From the NCBI GenBank assembly GCA_963575745.1, contig CAUYUJ010000114.1, positions 124,001 to 188,000 of the forward strand: a stretch of DNA of 64,000 nucleotides. Reading direction: 5' to 3'. Under the pieces are notes generated by a model. It ran no database searches. It was not told where the DNA came from and was given only the letters and a program-made list of their open reading frames with translations. Of this stretch, positions 32,001 through 45,029 are shown piece after piece. This stretch comes from Prorocentrum cordatum (lineage: Eukaryota). Positions within the stretch are counted from its first letter, which is position 1, and each line of letters begins with the position of its first letter. The position numbers were made by a program, and so were the translations under genes.

Positions 32001-33859
32001 CCCCCAATGGTGGTAATATTATGCCGTGTCTACGGCGGGCGCTGGATGGGCTTCATGCTATTCCCATGGACGACGTTGTTGCTGAAAGCCCCCACGCCCG
32101 CGCCAAGAGGGCGTCATTAGGAGTACCGCACCACGGGTTTCCTTGGATGGCATCTACGAGCAGGTTGCTGCAGAACCTCAACGACGCTGATGAGATCCCT
32201 GGAGGTTTCCCCGTGGACTTGCAAACTGAGTGGGACAGGTATTCCAGCGTCATCAAGTTCAGGCGTGCATGGCGACCTGCACGGACGAAACCGAAGAATG
32301 TCATTCATCGCGTGTACCACTTGAACGCCCCGTGCGACGTCGACTCGGAGAGCGACCCTGCCGATGCTGACGACGACGAGCCACCTGGGCCTGGACCTGG
32401 CCACGACCACTCCCACGACAGAAACACAGACGACGACGGAGACAGTGCTGGAGGCGGCGAGGGCCCAGGCGACCCTGGGCGCAAGCGCCCCAAGAAGCGA
32501 CGTAAAGGCAATGATGACGATAAGCATGGCAAGGATGGCAAGAAAAATGGGGGTGCCAGCTCATCTGGGGCACCGTCATTGGTTCGGTCTACCAGGGAAT
32601 GCACATTACTCCGTGAATGGCTTTATGCATCCCTGGAGATGTACACCTACATCACCATAACAGTCCCGTCTGAGTTACACAGCGACGGATCCGAGACTGT
32701 AATCCCCTACCAAGTGCCCGACAAAAGTACCAAAAGGAAGCAGGTTCAGACATTCGACGAGGACGGCGAGCAGCTCCCTGAGCTCGGTAACGTGGTTGTC
32801 CAGAGGATGGAGAAGTGGACCCCCGACCTGGACCATCTCACAGGTTTGCCTCCAGAGCTTGACGTCTACGCACGGGACGATCCAACCACAGTGGACGTCC
32901 TGCTCATGACTGGGACGTCGATGGGCGCAAGGCTCAAACTACTGCAATGGGACGTGCGGGAATCAGAGGTCGACGGGTGCATCACGCTCTTCGACGCCCA
33001 CCCACTTCAATCGAAGCGACGGTTGAGCGAGAAGGGAGCACCGTTTCTTGCATTAGTCGATGCTCTTGAAGGCAGGGGTTGCGAGGGCACGCCCCACCAC
33101 GTCGTGCACCAACCTGGCAACAAGGACCTGTACGACACCAGGGTGAAATTCAAGACGTACCTCAAGTGCGTGCTCATGAAGGACGAGTTGTTCGATAGGG
33201 GCTGCCCTTCGTTCGACAGTTCGCAGCTATCCATATATTACGAAGTTCTGTTGAAACTACCCTCCGTCAGCCCAGGACTTACCGCGCTGGAGTACCGACA
33301 GCTACTGGGGCGCAAGGACGTGCCACCCAATGCTGCCATGATGGAGTTGCTGGACAATCGGGCGGCAATACTGCCAGTGATCAAGGAGCCTCGGAAATCG
33401 AAACAGAGCGTAGTTGGAGAACCGCCACCTGAGCAGCAACCAAGTGCATCGTCGTCCTCTGAGCGGCCAGCGGTGGACCCCCCAACTGTGGCGACTGGTG
33501 CTTCCTCCACTGGGCCTAAGCCCAAGATCGACGTAAGCGTAGGTGAGTTGGAACTTGCAGAAGACGGTTTCCCTATGTATTTGCACGGGTGCAGGCTCAA
33601 GCGGGAAGTCGAGAAGACGGGGCGGGTCGGCTTGAGGGTGGCGTGCCCGAATGTTGACCATTGCAATGCTGGCCTGTGCTCGAAGTACCGATCCATCACG
33701 ATAGACGTTGCGAAGTTCGGACAGCGTGCGCCAGTGCTTTACCTCGGTGCATGGATCGATCGAGCCAGCACCGACAGCTTTGGCACTCATAAATGGTACA
33801 AGCCAACTCACAAGGACATTGCCGCGTATATGGAGAAGTATCCACATGCAGTGGGCTGA
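29091..33859 (+). CDS. hAT-like DDE transposase, 3 exons (29091-30228, 30579-31361, 31758-33859), ~1340 aa
   Basis: Phase-1 GT..AG and GC..AG introns give an uninterrupted frame. Motifs in hAT order: YIFCDGSP (D1), SITTDMGTE (D2), GWRHTWDL (CxxH-equivalent), FAEWRW (RW), DDVVAESPH (E). Cys/His-rich C-terminal domain. Confidence 0.72.
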
Positions 33860-35290
33860 GCAACATCATCACATCATACAGCATCCCTCCTTCACCCCTC
33901 CCACCTCACCCTATCCCTCCTCGTCCCCGCCTCCTCCTCCTCCCCCTCCTCCTCCTCCTCCTCCTCCTCCTCCGCCCTCGGTCCCCCATTGCCCCTCCTC
34001 CGCCGCCCCTCCACTGCCCTCCGTGCGCGTGCGTCTGAGTGCGAATAATGTGCCGTGCCAAGCCGTGCGCGAGCTGCTGTGTGAGTGTGAATGCGAAGAT
34101 GTGCGCGAGTGGCGGCGCAATGTCCTACTTGCGGCGCGAGTGTCAAGCATTGCGCGCTCGTGTCGGGACGCGCGTGCACCCCCGCACCCCCAATCTAGTC
34201 CTCCTCCTCTTCCTCCTCCTCCTCATCCTCCTCATCCTCCTCATCCTCCCCCTCCTCCTCCGAAAGGGGCCTCCGAGACCCCCTCTCCACCACCCCCATC
34301 CCCCCCCCTACCAGACGTACGACGTCCTCCTCCTTCTCCTCCACATCCTCCTCCTACTCGCCCTCCTCATCCTCCTCCTTCCCCCCATGATCATGTTCAT
34401 TCCCCATCCTCGTCGTCTAACCTCTCCGATTTCTCCCCTCCCCTCCCCTCTCCCCGCGCCCCGTTGGTCCTTTCCCAACAGCATTTGCAGTCGACAGTCG
34501 AGTCGCCATGTGGCCCCAGAGTACGTCCACTAAGTCTTGGCCGCGTCGCTGTCGGCCCTGTCGGCCTAGAGCGATAATCGTGGCAATTCGAGGTCTACCG
34601 ATCTGCTCCAGAGTCCCCTGGGCGCCCGAGCGCCCTGCACCTTGTCATCGCCGTTCTCGGGGAGTTCAGTGTCAGGCGAAGGAGCTGTGCTGAAGAAGAG
34701 GTTTGATGATAAGACTTTGTCTTGGGACTCCAACTCCAACTCCAACTCCTCCTCCTCCTCCTCATCCTCATGCTCCCCTTCCTCGTCCTCCACATCCTCC
34801 TGCCTCCTCCTCATGCCTCCTCCTCCAGACACTTTCCGCCCCAGCCTCAGATCGCACAGGGGGTGGGCGGGCCCCCCCCCTCCCAGTCCCGCAGACGCGT
34901 GACCATCAGTCTCGCAAATCCGCCGACAGCGCTCTGCGGACAGCGTTTAGTCACGCTTGGAGACGCCCCCCCCCCCCAAAACAGGCGATCGGTAACGCAA
35001 AAAAGCTCGTGACACCAAGGCTCCCACCAGCGAACGGTGACGTGGCAAGGTCGTAACACCAAGGCTCCCAAGAGCGAGCAGTGACGTAAACGGTTCTCGA
35101 AACCAATGCTCCCGAGAGCGAGCGGCAGCGGAGGAGGAGGAGGAGGACGAGGAGGAGACAGGATGAGGAGGCAGGATGAGGATGATGAGGGGGGGGGGTA
35201 GGATGAGGATGCGGAGGGGGGGAGCGATCAGGAGCGATCAGATGAAAGGACAGCGTACGGCGCCATGGCCATCGGTGACCTGGCCCGCTT

Positions 35291-35335
35291 GAGGGTTAAA
35301 ACTGAGGCCACAGCTTGGCCTCAGTTTTAACCCTC
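35291..35335. repeat. Perfect 20-bp inverted repeat with 5-nt loop
   Basis: GAGGGTTAAAACTGAGGCCA-CAGCT-TGGCCTCAGTTTTAACCCTC. Confidence 0.95.
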
Positions 35336-35739
35336 GGAAGTGGCAACTGGAGCCACTCCCTCGGGGGGTGGAACGCGACCGATGAGGAGGAGGAGGAGGT
35401 GTAGGGGGAGGAGGAGGAGGAGAAGGAGAAGGAGGAGGAGGAGGAGGAGGGGGAGGAGGAGGAGGAAGAGGAGGAGGATCATGAGGAGTAGGGTGAGGAG
35501 GGATGGGGTGTGAGGGAAGAGGGGGTGGGAAGAGGGTGAGTAGGAGGAGGAGGAGGAGGAGGAGAAAGAGAAATAGGAGGAGGAGGAGGAGGAGGAGGAG
35601 GAGGAGGAGGAGGAGGAGGAGAGGTCCTTTTCGGCTTCATTCGGGCAAGTCAACAACAATAGTCTGATGGATCAAGGCAGTGTTGAACCAGGGCAGCGTG
35701 GCTGACTCGTGATGCGCTAGCACTCAAATACATGGAAAA

Positions 35740-35950
35740 ACCTGAAACCAGCTGAAACCACCTGACACCAGTCTGAAACCAGTCTGACACCAGCTGAAAC
35801 CATCTGAAACCAGTCTGAAACCAGCTGAAACCAGTCTGAAACCAGTCTGAAACCAACCTGAAACCAACCTGAAACCAGTCTGAAACCAGTCTGAAACCAG
35901 TCTGAAACCAACCTGAAACCACTCAGGACACCAGTCTGAAACCAGTCTGA
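35740..35950. repeat. 10-11-bp tandem repeat (CTGAAACCAGT)n
   Basis: Directly visible; inverted copies lie near 28457-28478. Confidence 0.92.
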
Positions 35951-37557
35951 GTCGCGTTGTTGCAATATGAATAGTGCTGCGCCAACGAAGCGGTGACCAC
36001 AGGCCCTGGGCCAAGTTAGTTGTCGTGGCTCGGCGCGCTCAGTCGGGGTACGATCGACCCATTGTGTGTCGGGGTGCGCAGCCCGCCACGATGCGCTAGA
36101 CCAGATCCTCGGCGGTTGTGGGGTGCCCCAACGCGCAACTGCGCCTCCCTATGTCGCGCGTGCCTTCCGATGCGTCTGTCTCTGCGCAAATCCTCCGTCG
36201 GCGCGGGCGCCCCTGCCAGACTGCGCAACTGGCCCCGTTGTTTGCCTTCAGGCCGACTCCTCGTTTATATTAATATTGGTCTACTTCTTCAATGGCCCGA
36301 CCCCCCCCCCCCCCCATCCCCACGACATCCGTGAAGGCCGCGACTTCGCTGAACCTCGCTTGGCGTCGTTGCTGAACTTCATTGACCTGGCCATTGGCCA
36401 ACGGCACGCTAACGACGTGTAACCCACTGGCACAACGAAATCATTCCCGCGCTTCCCGCGCACCCAATCGCAATGACAATATCGCCGATACTTACTGCGT
36501 TGTGGCCGCCGCGTGAATGACGCAAACTCGAAACGCGACCCCCCCCCCATTCACCCCCTGTCCTCCCGTGGAACATCTGGACATCCGCGACGGACCGCCT
36601 CGGCGGCGCTGTGTATGGACTACATTGGCATTGACAACTTCACGCGAGCCGCGTGAAACACCATGATCGCTCGCCCCTGGTCACCATGCTCACGCGTATC
36701 TGATGCGGGGGGGGGGGCATCGGCCACCTGCTGATTGCTGATTACCCTCTTCCAACTCCTGCCCCCGCCGCGCGAGCCCCGTGTGCGCTGACAGCGGCGC
36801 CTGGTGGTGGTGGCGGTGGTGGTGGTCGCGGCTGTGGTTGTGCTGGTGGTGGTAGCGCGTGCAATTTCTTTTTTGGGGAGGGGGGTGCTCTTGGCGAGCG
36901 ACCTCCCTGCCCCTCACCTCGTCGCAACGCCATGCTTTCCGCTTCATCAAGGCCCGCGCCCGCGAACGAACTGGCGCTGAGCCTTGACGCAAAGTCGGGT
37001 CCTTGAACCCTCCGCACCCGCGCGCACTCGCGAATTCAAGGCCGCGCGCATCGGAACCGTGTCGGGCATGTCTGTGCCGTTCGCGTTTGTCGCCGTGCCG
37101 ATCACACCGCAATTGGTACCGCCCCCTTGCTTGCCCTGCCCCGTCGAGGCCTGTGTTGTTCGGTCCGCCATGCCGCTGCGTTCCGCCTGCATGGCCGCAG
37201 CGGCCATTCGCCGAACTTCAGGCGATGATCGCAACTTCCCGATCCAAGCCTGCAAGCGGTGGCTGGGTGCGTGTCTGCGGCGCGGCTGGCGCAGCAACCT
37301 CGCCGCGCTAGCATCGACGCCGCGCGATCTGCCCCAGCCCCAGCCCCCCGCCCCCCCGCCCCGTGACTCCAGCCGAATGGTTTCGTGGGCGAGCCCATAG
37401 CGTGCGCCCTAATGATCGAGCTTGGTCCGACACTCGCACGATTCGAACACGCGCCCAATGACGGGGCAATGTTTGGAGGGGGGGGATGCTAGTCCGTGCT
37501 CCGCAGGGAGCAGTAACCAAATGCCTCGGGCTCTAATCAGCCTAAGCTTGTTCGGGC

Positions 37558-37592
<35 letters not shown>

Positions 37593-37760
37593 ACCCCCTC
37601 CCGCAGCGCCGAAGTTTGCACGCTCGCATGCGCGCGATTGCTCAGAACCAATCGGGAATGGGGGGGGGGGGGTCGCCGAGGGGTGATGTGTGCGCTTTGG
37701 GTTTCCTTGGGTCCGCTCGCGGGATGGAGTCAGTCTTCGCCCCACACACACACACGCACG

Positions 37761-37797
<37 letters not shown>

Positions 37798-38551
37798 GCA
37801 CGCACAAACGCACACACCACCTCACCACCGCAACCCCGCCCGCCACCACCACCACCTGCGGGCAACGCGCCCTCCGACCGAGCTGGGTCTGGGTCGCACG
37901 TTACACGGGGCCTCGGCGGCGCTGGATTGAACGCGGGGCACGTGCTATCCATCAGGAGATCCCGAGACATATTGGAGACCATTTGCATTGCTTGCGTTGA
38001 ATTGTGCAGCGTGGCAAAAAAGGAGGATCGGGGAGGAGGAACCTATATGCGATGATGATGTCAATGGGCGGACTATCGGGCGGGGACAGGATATGCTGGG
38101 ATTAGAACAGTGGCAAAACGGTGGCCGAGTAGGAAACAACATATTTGTTGTCCGCTGGGGCGTCTGGGAAGTGCGGTTAGTGCGTGTAGGGTTTGCGCGC
38201 GAGTGGCACCATGTTGTTTCCTCAATCCCACCCGCCGCATTGGCCTGCAGCCTGTTTGCCCCCCCCTGCTTTCTGAGAGTAGCATTCTTGAAGCTCTTGA
38301 AGCTTCCGAGCGTGCCAACGCACTCACTCACACGCACCCCCCCGCCCCCCCCCCCCCGTTGTGCCTGGAAGGGGCGCCGTGCTGTCTACGTGACCTTCTG
38401 TCGCCAAGGGATCTAGGCGGCAGAGGTGCAGCCCACGCGTCGCTCACTTTTGGCTCGAATATTTTACAAGAGGAACTGTTCGTCTTGTCTTGCGTCAGCG
38501 ACCTTTGCCAGCGTCGCGCGTCTTTTTACTTCTTCTCGGGGTTGCTGCCTG

Positions 38552-41500
38552 ATGTCGGGGTCGGAGGTCGAGGCGCCCATGTGTTGGGTGTGCGGCGAGT
38601 CTGGCCCGACGTGCTTTTTCCAGAGGCACGAGGTGCACGCCCACTGCCGCAGCGGCTGGCGCGCCTGTTACAGGGCGGTCGGGGACAACAAGAAGGAAAA
38701 AGAGAAACTTGACACGCTGAAGAACGAGGACCCCCAGGCGTTCAAGCAGAACATTCTCCCGTGGGTCCAGAAGCCTGGCTCTCAAACCAACCCTCGCCCG
38801 CAGCTGAGGCGGGATCTGGCCCAAGAGCTCAGGCAGGAGTACGAGGAGGACTACGCAGACAGCTTCGACGAGGAAGAGACCCCCAAGCTAAAGCTGAACG
38901 AGACTCGGTTCATCAGCTACGTTGGGTTCTGGGACAGGGTCAAGCCCGACGAAGCCGCTCAACGTTTCCGTGAGGCGATGGCTTCTTATACATCCAACCA
39001 CGCACCCCCACGCACTACCCCATTACCCCATTGGCTCCTTGGCCCCACCCCACCACGTGCCCCACCCCCCCGTACCCCGCAGCACCCTTGTAAAAAATCC
39101 GAAGGTGGAAAGAAGGGGGAAGGGAGGTTGGGGCCAACTGAAACGCGGGGTGGCAGTGCGTGGCGGGGTGTATGAGGAGCCACCGATGTTCCCAGGCCCA
39201 CATCGAGCAGCACGGGCACTCGCCGAGACATGGCCCTGGCTGGGTCTGGGTCGATGATAACGAGAAGAAGTCGTCCAAGAAAAAATCTGGTCACAAGTCG
39301 GGGGGGATGAGGGCGACTACAATCGCCCGATCTGGCATTCGCAACGCTCTGCCCCCGACGCCCGAACCAGTCTCCATGTCGCCGCCGCCGCGGGCGCGGA
39401 GCTCGGAGCGCCAGGTGCGGCACCGCTCCCGGTCTAGCCACAACCCGAGGGGCAGCAGGAGGGAGCAGAGTCCCCGCGGCAGCCGCGGCAGGGCCTCACA
39501 CCGAGCCCGCGGTCGCAGCCTGCGCAGCTACAGGCGCCGCAGCTCGCCGTCGCCTTCAATCGTCAGCGTCACGACTCAGTCTCGCCGTTCAGCACACCAC
39601 GGCGACGACGACCGCACCCCGCACAGCAAGCAGCGGAGCAGGAGCCGCGTCTCGGACGCCCAGACGGCCGTCAGCAAGAAGCTTCCCATCAAGAAGGGAG
39701 TCGATGATCCGTCAAACTCGTGCCTGGGCTGGCTGAAAGAGAAAGATCTGATCAAGAAAGATGTCGAGTCAATGGTAGCTGAGCTGGAGCCCCTTTCCAC
39801 CAAGGTCCGCAAGCTGTTCCAGAAGCTGAGTCGTCCCGACGAGGTGGAACTCCCAGATACGCAGGAAAACATAATGAAGAGCATCACTTCCCACAACACT
39901 AACATGGTGAGCATCGTCAACCGCGTCAAGGGCATGCGCCTGGCGAGCCGCGGCAGCTTATGTGCGGATGTTGATGGCGCAAAGGCCAAGCACGAGGAGG
40001 TCTTGAAGACGATTGCGCACGTCATCCCCGCACTCGAGTACTACTTCAAGTCGTCGAAGAAAGATGGCAAGTCCGCGACCAACCACACGGCCTACATGAA
40101 GCGTAAGGCTGCGCCTTCCCTCGAACCATCAGGCCCAATTGTCTTCTAACGCCTTGGAGAGTTCTGTTATGATTGGGGGTCGTCGGGACCTGACTGGGCA
40201 GATTCGGGTTTGCAGTATGGGAAATGGAGTCACGGCTCCACGACGAGATTATTTACCTACGTCTAGATGTTCAGAGTATGGTGCGTATTGGCACGCTTTG
40301 TTCGCATCGTAGGTCAGATACGTAGGATTAGAGCAAACGCCACGTTGGCGGCAATACGTTTACAAACATCGGGCGTTAACAGGCAGAGTGCACTGATAGG
40401 TCCGAGGGTGTTCGGCATTTCTGAACTCCAAATGTCGATATCGTCAGCGCCCCTGCCAACCCGAACCAACGTCGATCGAACGGGGGGGCTACTCTAGTAA
40501 AGTCAGCTTCTGGTGTATGTTCGGGCCACTTGACGCCCTCACTCGGGCGTTTCTGTGTCAACCCGTTTGTTACTAAGCTCGGTTGCAGACCCACTCGATC
40601 GAGGCAAGGTTTCGATTGCAAAATCAAGTGGCAGCGGTGTTGGTGACATCCGATTGTGAGCTCTTCGCCGACACATGCGGGACGCATTCGAGGTGAAAGA
40701 CTTGCTCGCGCTTGGCGGCTGGGGCCAGATGAACGCAAAGAGGGTCGTTGAGGAGCTTCTTCGCAACGGCGAGTTCGCGGATCCCAAGGACGGGAACGGC
40801 GGCGACACCAAGGATACAGACGAGAAACACCCAGACAAGAAGAAGGGCCCCGCCGCCAAGTTGCCGAACATGATGGACATGCCCGAGAAATTCAACAGCG
40901 AGATTCCTGGAGTCTACAGCGTCGGCTCGACCGTCCACAACTTCGTCGCCAACTACGTGCACGCGTGCGGTGGCTGGCCCGTTTCCACTGTCAACGAGCT
41001 GGACAAGCACATGGCCAAGAACAGTAAGCACAAGAGTGCAGTTACTACTTTCTGGAAGCTCGCACGCGACGTGGAGCGCACCACCGATGACTTACCTGAG
41101 TTCGACAACTCGCTACAGAGAGAGGAGGGTGCTGAGGCGTGGACCGTCTCAATTCGGGCCAGGGTCTTCAGGTGGGGGCCGTGTGCGATGCCGTTTTCAG
41201 GCATCGGTTCGTTTGTCACGTGCCCAACTAGCCAGATGTTCTTCCAGGTCCACAAGCTGGCTGGGCTGACTGAGCAAGGCATTGCCCTCGCAGACGCCCC
41301 CCAGTTCTTCGAGACGGCCAGCGGCGACATGCTCTACACCACCGACTCTCCATCAGCTTGCGTCTTCAGTATGGATATGGGCGATGTGGCGTTCATTCCG
41401 TACGGGTACGTCGCCTCGCCGTTGTACTTGCCATTGCAGAAGGGAGATGCCAATGCCAAGGAGTGGGTCCACATGCTGGTGATCCCAATGTTCGTGCAGA

Positions 41501-41649
41501 AGTGGTTCGCCGACCAGTGCGACCAGTCCATCCGCAACGCCATCGCCAAATGGAATACTGACTACATGACCAGCAGGGGCGAGACCGTCTACAAGAACCG
41601 CATGAAGTTTTTCAAGGAGTTCGTGGCAGATGCAGGCGTCACGGATTGA
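38552..41649 (+). CDS. Three-exon cargo gene (38552-38974, 39196-40107, 40693-41649; ~763 aa): N-terminal zinc-finger-like motif, Arg/Ser-rich linker, coiled coil, C-terminal cupin/JmjC-like segment
   Basis: Two phase-0 GC..AG introns give an open frame. CWVC...HAHC motif. MDMGDVAFIPYGY resembles the cupin/JmjC GDxxxIPxG strand. A leader-like CGTCGCTCACTTTTGGCTCGAA lies at ~38438-38459. Confidence 0.7.
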
Positions 41650-42288
41650 ACAGACACACGGGCGCCAACATCAGAGTAGCATTGGCATTACATCGCGGCA
41701 CGGCGCCATAGGAATTGAGATCATACGTGCCGCAGTTTTTGTTAGACCGTGATGCTAGCCAACTTCAAACATCATTGGAATATGTATTGTGCATTGCTAC
41801 GTACAAACATTTGCATCACATAGTTGAAACACGGCTGTTTTACAATAGCCTTTGTGTTGGACCAAGTTGGCTAGCATAACTGGACGTCACGCGCGTGCTG
41901 CAACTCGGCGGCAGTGCGACAGCAGTGTGCAGGTACGAAGGCACGCGGACTAACACTCGTGTTCCTTCGGTGCGAGCTTGCCTGCTGCACATATTCAACT
42001 CGAGTCGGTGGCAGCTTCGATGTGGAGCGACGTGCGCATTCTCTTGCGAAATGCGGCTCCATGACAGCATGATGCAAATACGGATCAATGGACAGATGCA
42101 TGTTGATACACGGAAGTGGTACGTGTGAGAGGGATGTATAGGCATGGGAAGGGGCGGGGGAGGGAGGCATTGTCAGAGGGAGGGTAGAGAGAGGGTGAGA
42201 GCGAGGGATCAGAAGGGAGGGGGATGAGTGACCCCAGGGCGGGTGGGCACGAGAGGGAGGGATATACAGATATCAGGGGGTGGGAGGG

Positions 42289-42330
<42 letters not shown>

Positions 42331-43981
42331 AGGAGGGAGAGCGAGAGGTATAGACAGAACGAGATGAGAGGGGCATGGGTGGGGAGAAAGGGGGGGGGGA
42401 AGCATGGGAGGGACTGGGGGGGAGAAGATATATAGGACAAAAGGGGGCGTGGGAGAGAGGGGGCATGGAAGGATATGGGGGGGGAAGGAGAGGGGGAGGA
42501 GGAGGAGGAGGAGAGGAGAGGGGAGGAGAGGCGAGGAGATGAGAGGACATGGGAAGAGAGAAGAGAAAAGAGGAGAGGAGAGGAGAGGAGAGGAGAGGGG
42601 AGAGGGGAGGAGGGGGGAGGAGAGGAGAGGAGAGGAGAGGGGAGGAGAGGGGAGGAGAGGAGTGGAGAGGGGAGGAGAGGAAAGGGGAGGGGAGGAGAGG
42701 AGGGAGAAACCTACAGCGACATGGGGGGGGCATGGGGGGAGAGGGAGGGGAGGAGAGGGGCATGGGGGAGGAGAGGAGATACACAGAACGAGTAAGGAGG
42801 AGGAAGGAGCATGGGGGGGGAGAGGGAGGGGGGCGAGGAGCGAGAGGGGGAGGAGGGCGAACGATGGACGAACGAGTAGGAAAGGGGACAGGAGTAGCGA
42901 GAGGAGGAGGAGGGAGACGGAGGAGAAGGATTTGTTGGCTCGACACCCTGGCACATCCCATTAATGGCACTGCGTGCCGACACCTTTCAAAACCTTGCAA
43001 TGAGGGGTAGCGCGCGGCTGGGATCTCCAGACCGCGTGCCGCAAACAATGCCCAATATACGCGGTCGCTTGCATCGTCTGACTTACCTGGCACATTGCGA
43101 CCGTTCGGGTTCGCCTTTGGCGAATGACCGAAACTCGCATGCGCACTCACGGTGTTGGCTTGCGCCCCTAGTGCGTTAGGCCGAGGCCACGTGCGAACGG
43201 CCCCCCTTGGAACTTAGTACACCTCCAAGGTTGGGGACCATGCTGAAACCACACCACCATTTCGGGTACCAAACTGAATCGCCTTATCCCACCTCACCCA
43301 GCAAGTCGCTGTTTCACCAGTCTCAGGAGTCGGGGACCTCGGCCTCGATCTCGACTGTTCGGCCAAGGAGCTCATGATGGGAGCCTGAAGGTAGGGATGC
43401 CAGACACTGGAGCACTGGAGTGAACGATCCGGATGCCACCAGGACTTGAGGCTTGCCCCAGAACGGCCACAGACAAGGGGAGGGGGGGCAGGAGGGAGCG
43501 GGCGAGTAGGGGGGGTGAAAACATGCGCGAAGCGTTTCGCCAGAAGGCGCAATTTCAATAAGGCCCTGGGGCCTGCACTCTACGGGCATTGGGAGTTAGG
43601 GAGGGTCTAAGCATCAAGCTCTCGGGGCCAACGTCGCCTATTGGGGCTGGAGTGTTAGCTCCCTGCGCGGTGCCCCCCACAATCTTACCCCCCTCCCCCT
43701 CCTCCTCCTCTTCCCCCATCCCCCCGCCACCGCTCCCCGATCGGGGGGGGGGGGGGGGGGGGCGGCGGGTGACGGAAGGGGATGGGGACATATAAGGGGC
43801 AATCGTATCTGTGGCAAGGACGACAAGCGACAAGACGACGACCCACTTGCAGGGCGAGACGCTCTTAAGCCCACCCACCGTTATCTCCTGACCCTCCTCC
43901 CTCAGCCTCCTCTCCATCTATCCCCCTCTCCCCTTATCCCTCATCCTCCCTCAGCCTCCTCCGCCGTTTTGGCCAGCGACC

Positions 43982-44554
43982 TTAAGACTGGCCGACATTT
44001 TCGGCCTGGTGACGCCGCCGCTCCGCCTCCGTCGGCATGCGCAGCGCCTTGTCGAGGGCCCCTCGCCTGCAAGCCCGCGCGCTGACCATGGCGAGGCGCG
44101 AAACCTGGCCATGGTCGGCGCGCGGGCGCACAGGCGAAACGCCCCCCCGAACCATGGCTTTCTTGTAGGAGTCCAAGTAGTTGTCATGCGCCAAGTCTGC
44201 CTGGCGCCTGTACTCCGCTGCTTTCGCCTCCTGGCGGTCGGCCCCCTCCTGCACAATGACCCACGCGCTGCGCGCGTGAATCGTCTCGCGCCAGGCCGCC
44301 GCGGCCTCGGTCTCCGCGGCGGCCTCCGCGTCGGCGGAGTTCGTGCCCGCGGCGGCATCGGCCGCCCCAGGGCCGGGCGCGGCCTCGGCCGCCCCCGGCT
44401 TGGGCGCCTCGTCGGCAGTCTCGGTCGAAGTTGCCTCGGCGGCCTCGGCAGCCGAGGAGTCCTCGACCCCTGCAGAGCCCTGAGCGCCCAGAAGGCGCCA
44501 GACGACATTCGGCTCCTCGAGCCGCTCGCGCTTGGGCGGTGGCTCCCCAGCCAT
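43982..44554 (-). CDS. Hypothetical Ala/Glu-rich protein (~190 aa) with an N-terminal basic motif (PPPKRER)
   Basis: GC3-rich ORF starting GCCATGG; weak leader-like TAGCCGCTTTGGTCGAAG at 44595-44578. Confidence 0.45.
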   Translation of the reverse strand: MAGEPPPKRERLEEPNVVWRLLGAQGSAGVEDSSAAEAAEATSTETADEAPKPGAAEAAPGPGAADAAAGTNSADAEAAAETEAAAAWRETIHARSAWVIVQEGADRQEAKAAEYRRQADLAHDNYLDSYKKAMVRGGVSPVRPRADHGQVSRLAMVSARACRRGALDKALRMPTEAERRRHQAENVGQS

Positions 44555-45029
44555 GGCCTTCCAAAAAAGCGGCCAGGCTTCGACCAAAGCGGCTAGGCTC
44601 ACCTCCTGTTCCTCCTTCCGCGCTCTATGGGGCCACGAAGCGCGCGACGCGTGCGCCGAATGCGCGTGCGGGGGGGGGGGGGAGGGCGCGCGCGAACACC
44701 GTCGCCGACGCTTTTGGTGGAACTCCCAATGTGGCCACGAAACGCGCAAGGGGTGCAGCGCGCGGGCCCCGCGGGGCCTTCGGTGGAGCCCCCGCGGGGC
44801 CACTTAATAGCGTGAAGGGGCGTGCGAAAGCGGCGTTGGGTAGGGAATGAAGAGGGGGGCGCGCGCGCCTGCCGACGGGCCCTGAAGCATGACATGTCCA
44901 ACAACCGCGCGGATGGAGGGCGGGTTGTTTCCAAGATGCAGCTCTCGCCTTAGCGTCGCGCACACTCGTCTTGAAAGTTCCCACATTTACAATGTGCAGA
45001 CGCCAGGGCTCCCTTACGCGCGCGCGCGG

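Larger units (their letters stand above)
28402..35965 (+). mobile_element. Probable nested DNA transposon (~7.6 kb)
   Basis: Ends TTGCAAC...GTTGCAA with inverted 11-bp subterminal repeats (TGGTTTCAGAC at ~28457-28478; GTCTGAAACCA array at 35740-35950) enclosing a transposase gene. No TSD found. Confidence 0.5.

Noticed and set aside
35966..38300. Possible continuation of the 27430-28400 remnant across the nested element
   Set aside because: The joined frame stays open only ~60 codons, is not convincingly protein-like, and no TSD was found.
41870..43380. Small two-exon minus-strand gene
   Set aside because: Protein-like fragments need frameshifts, and the splice sites could not be fixed.
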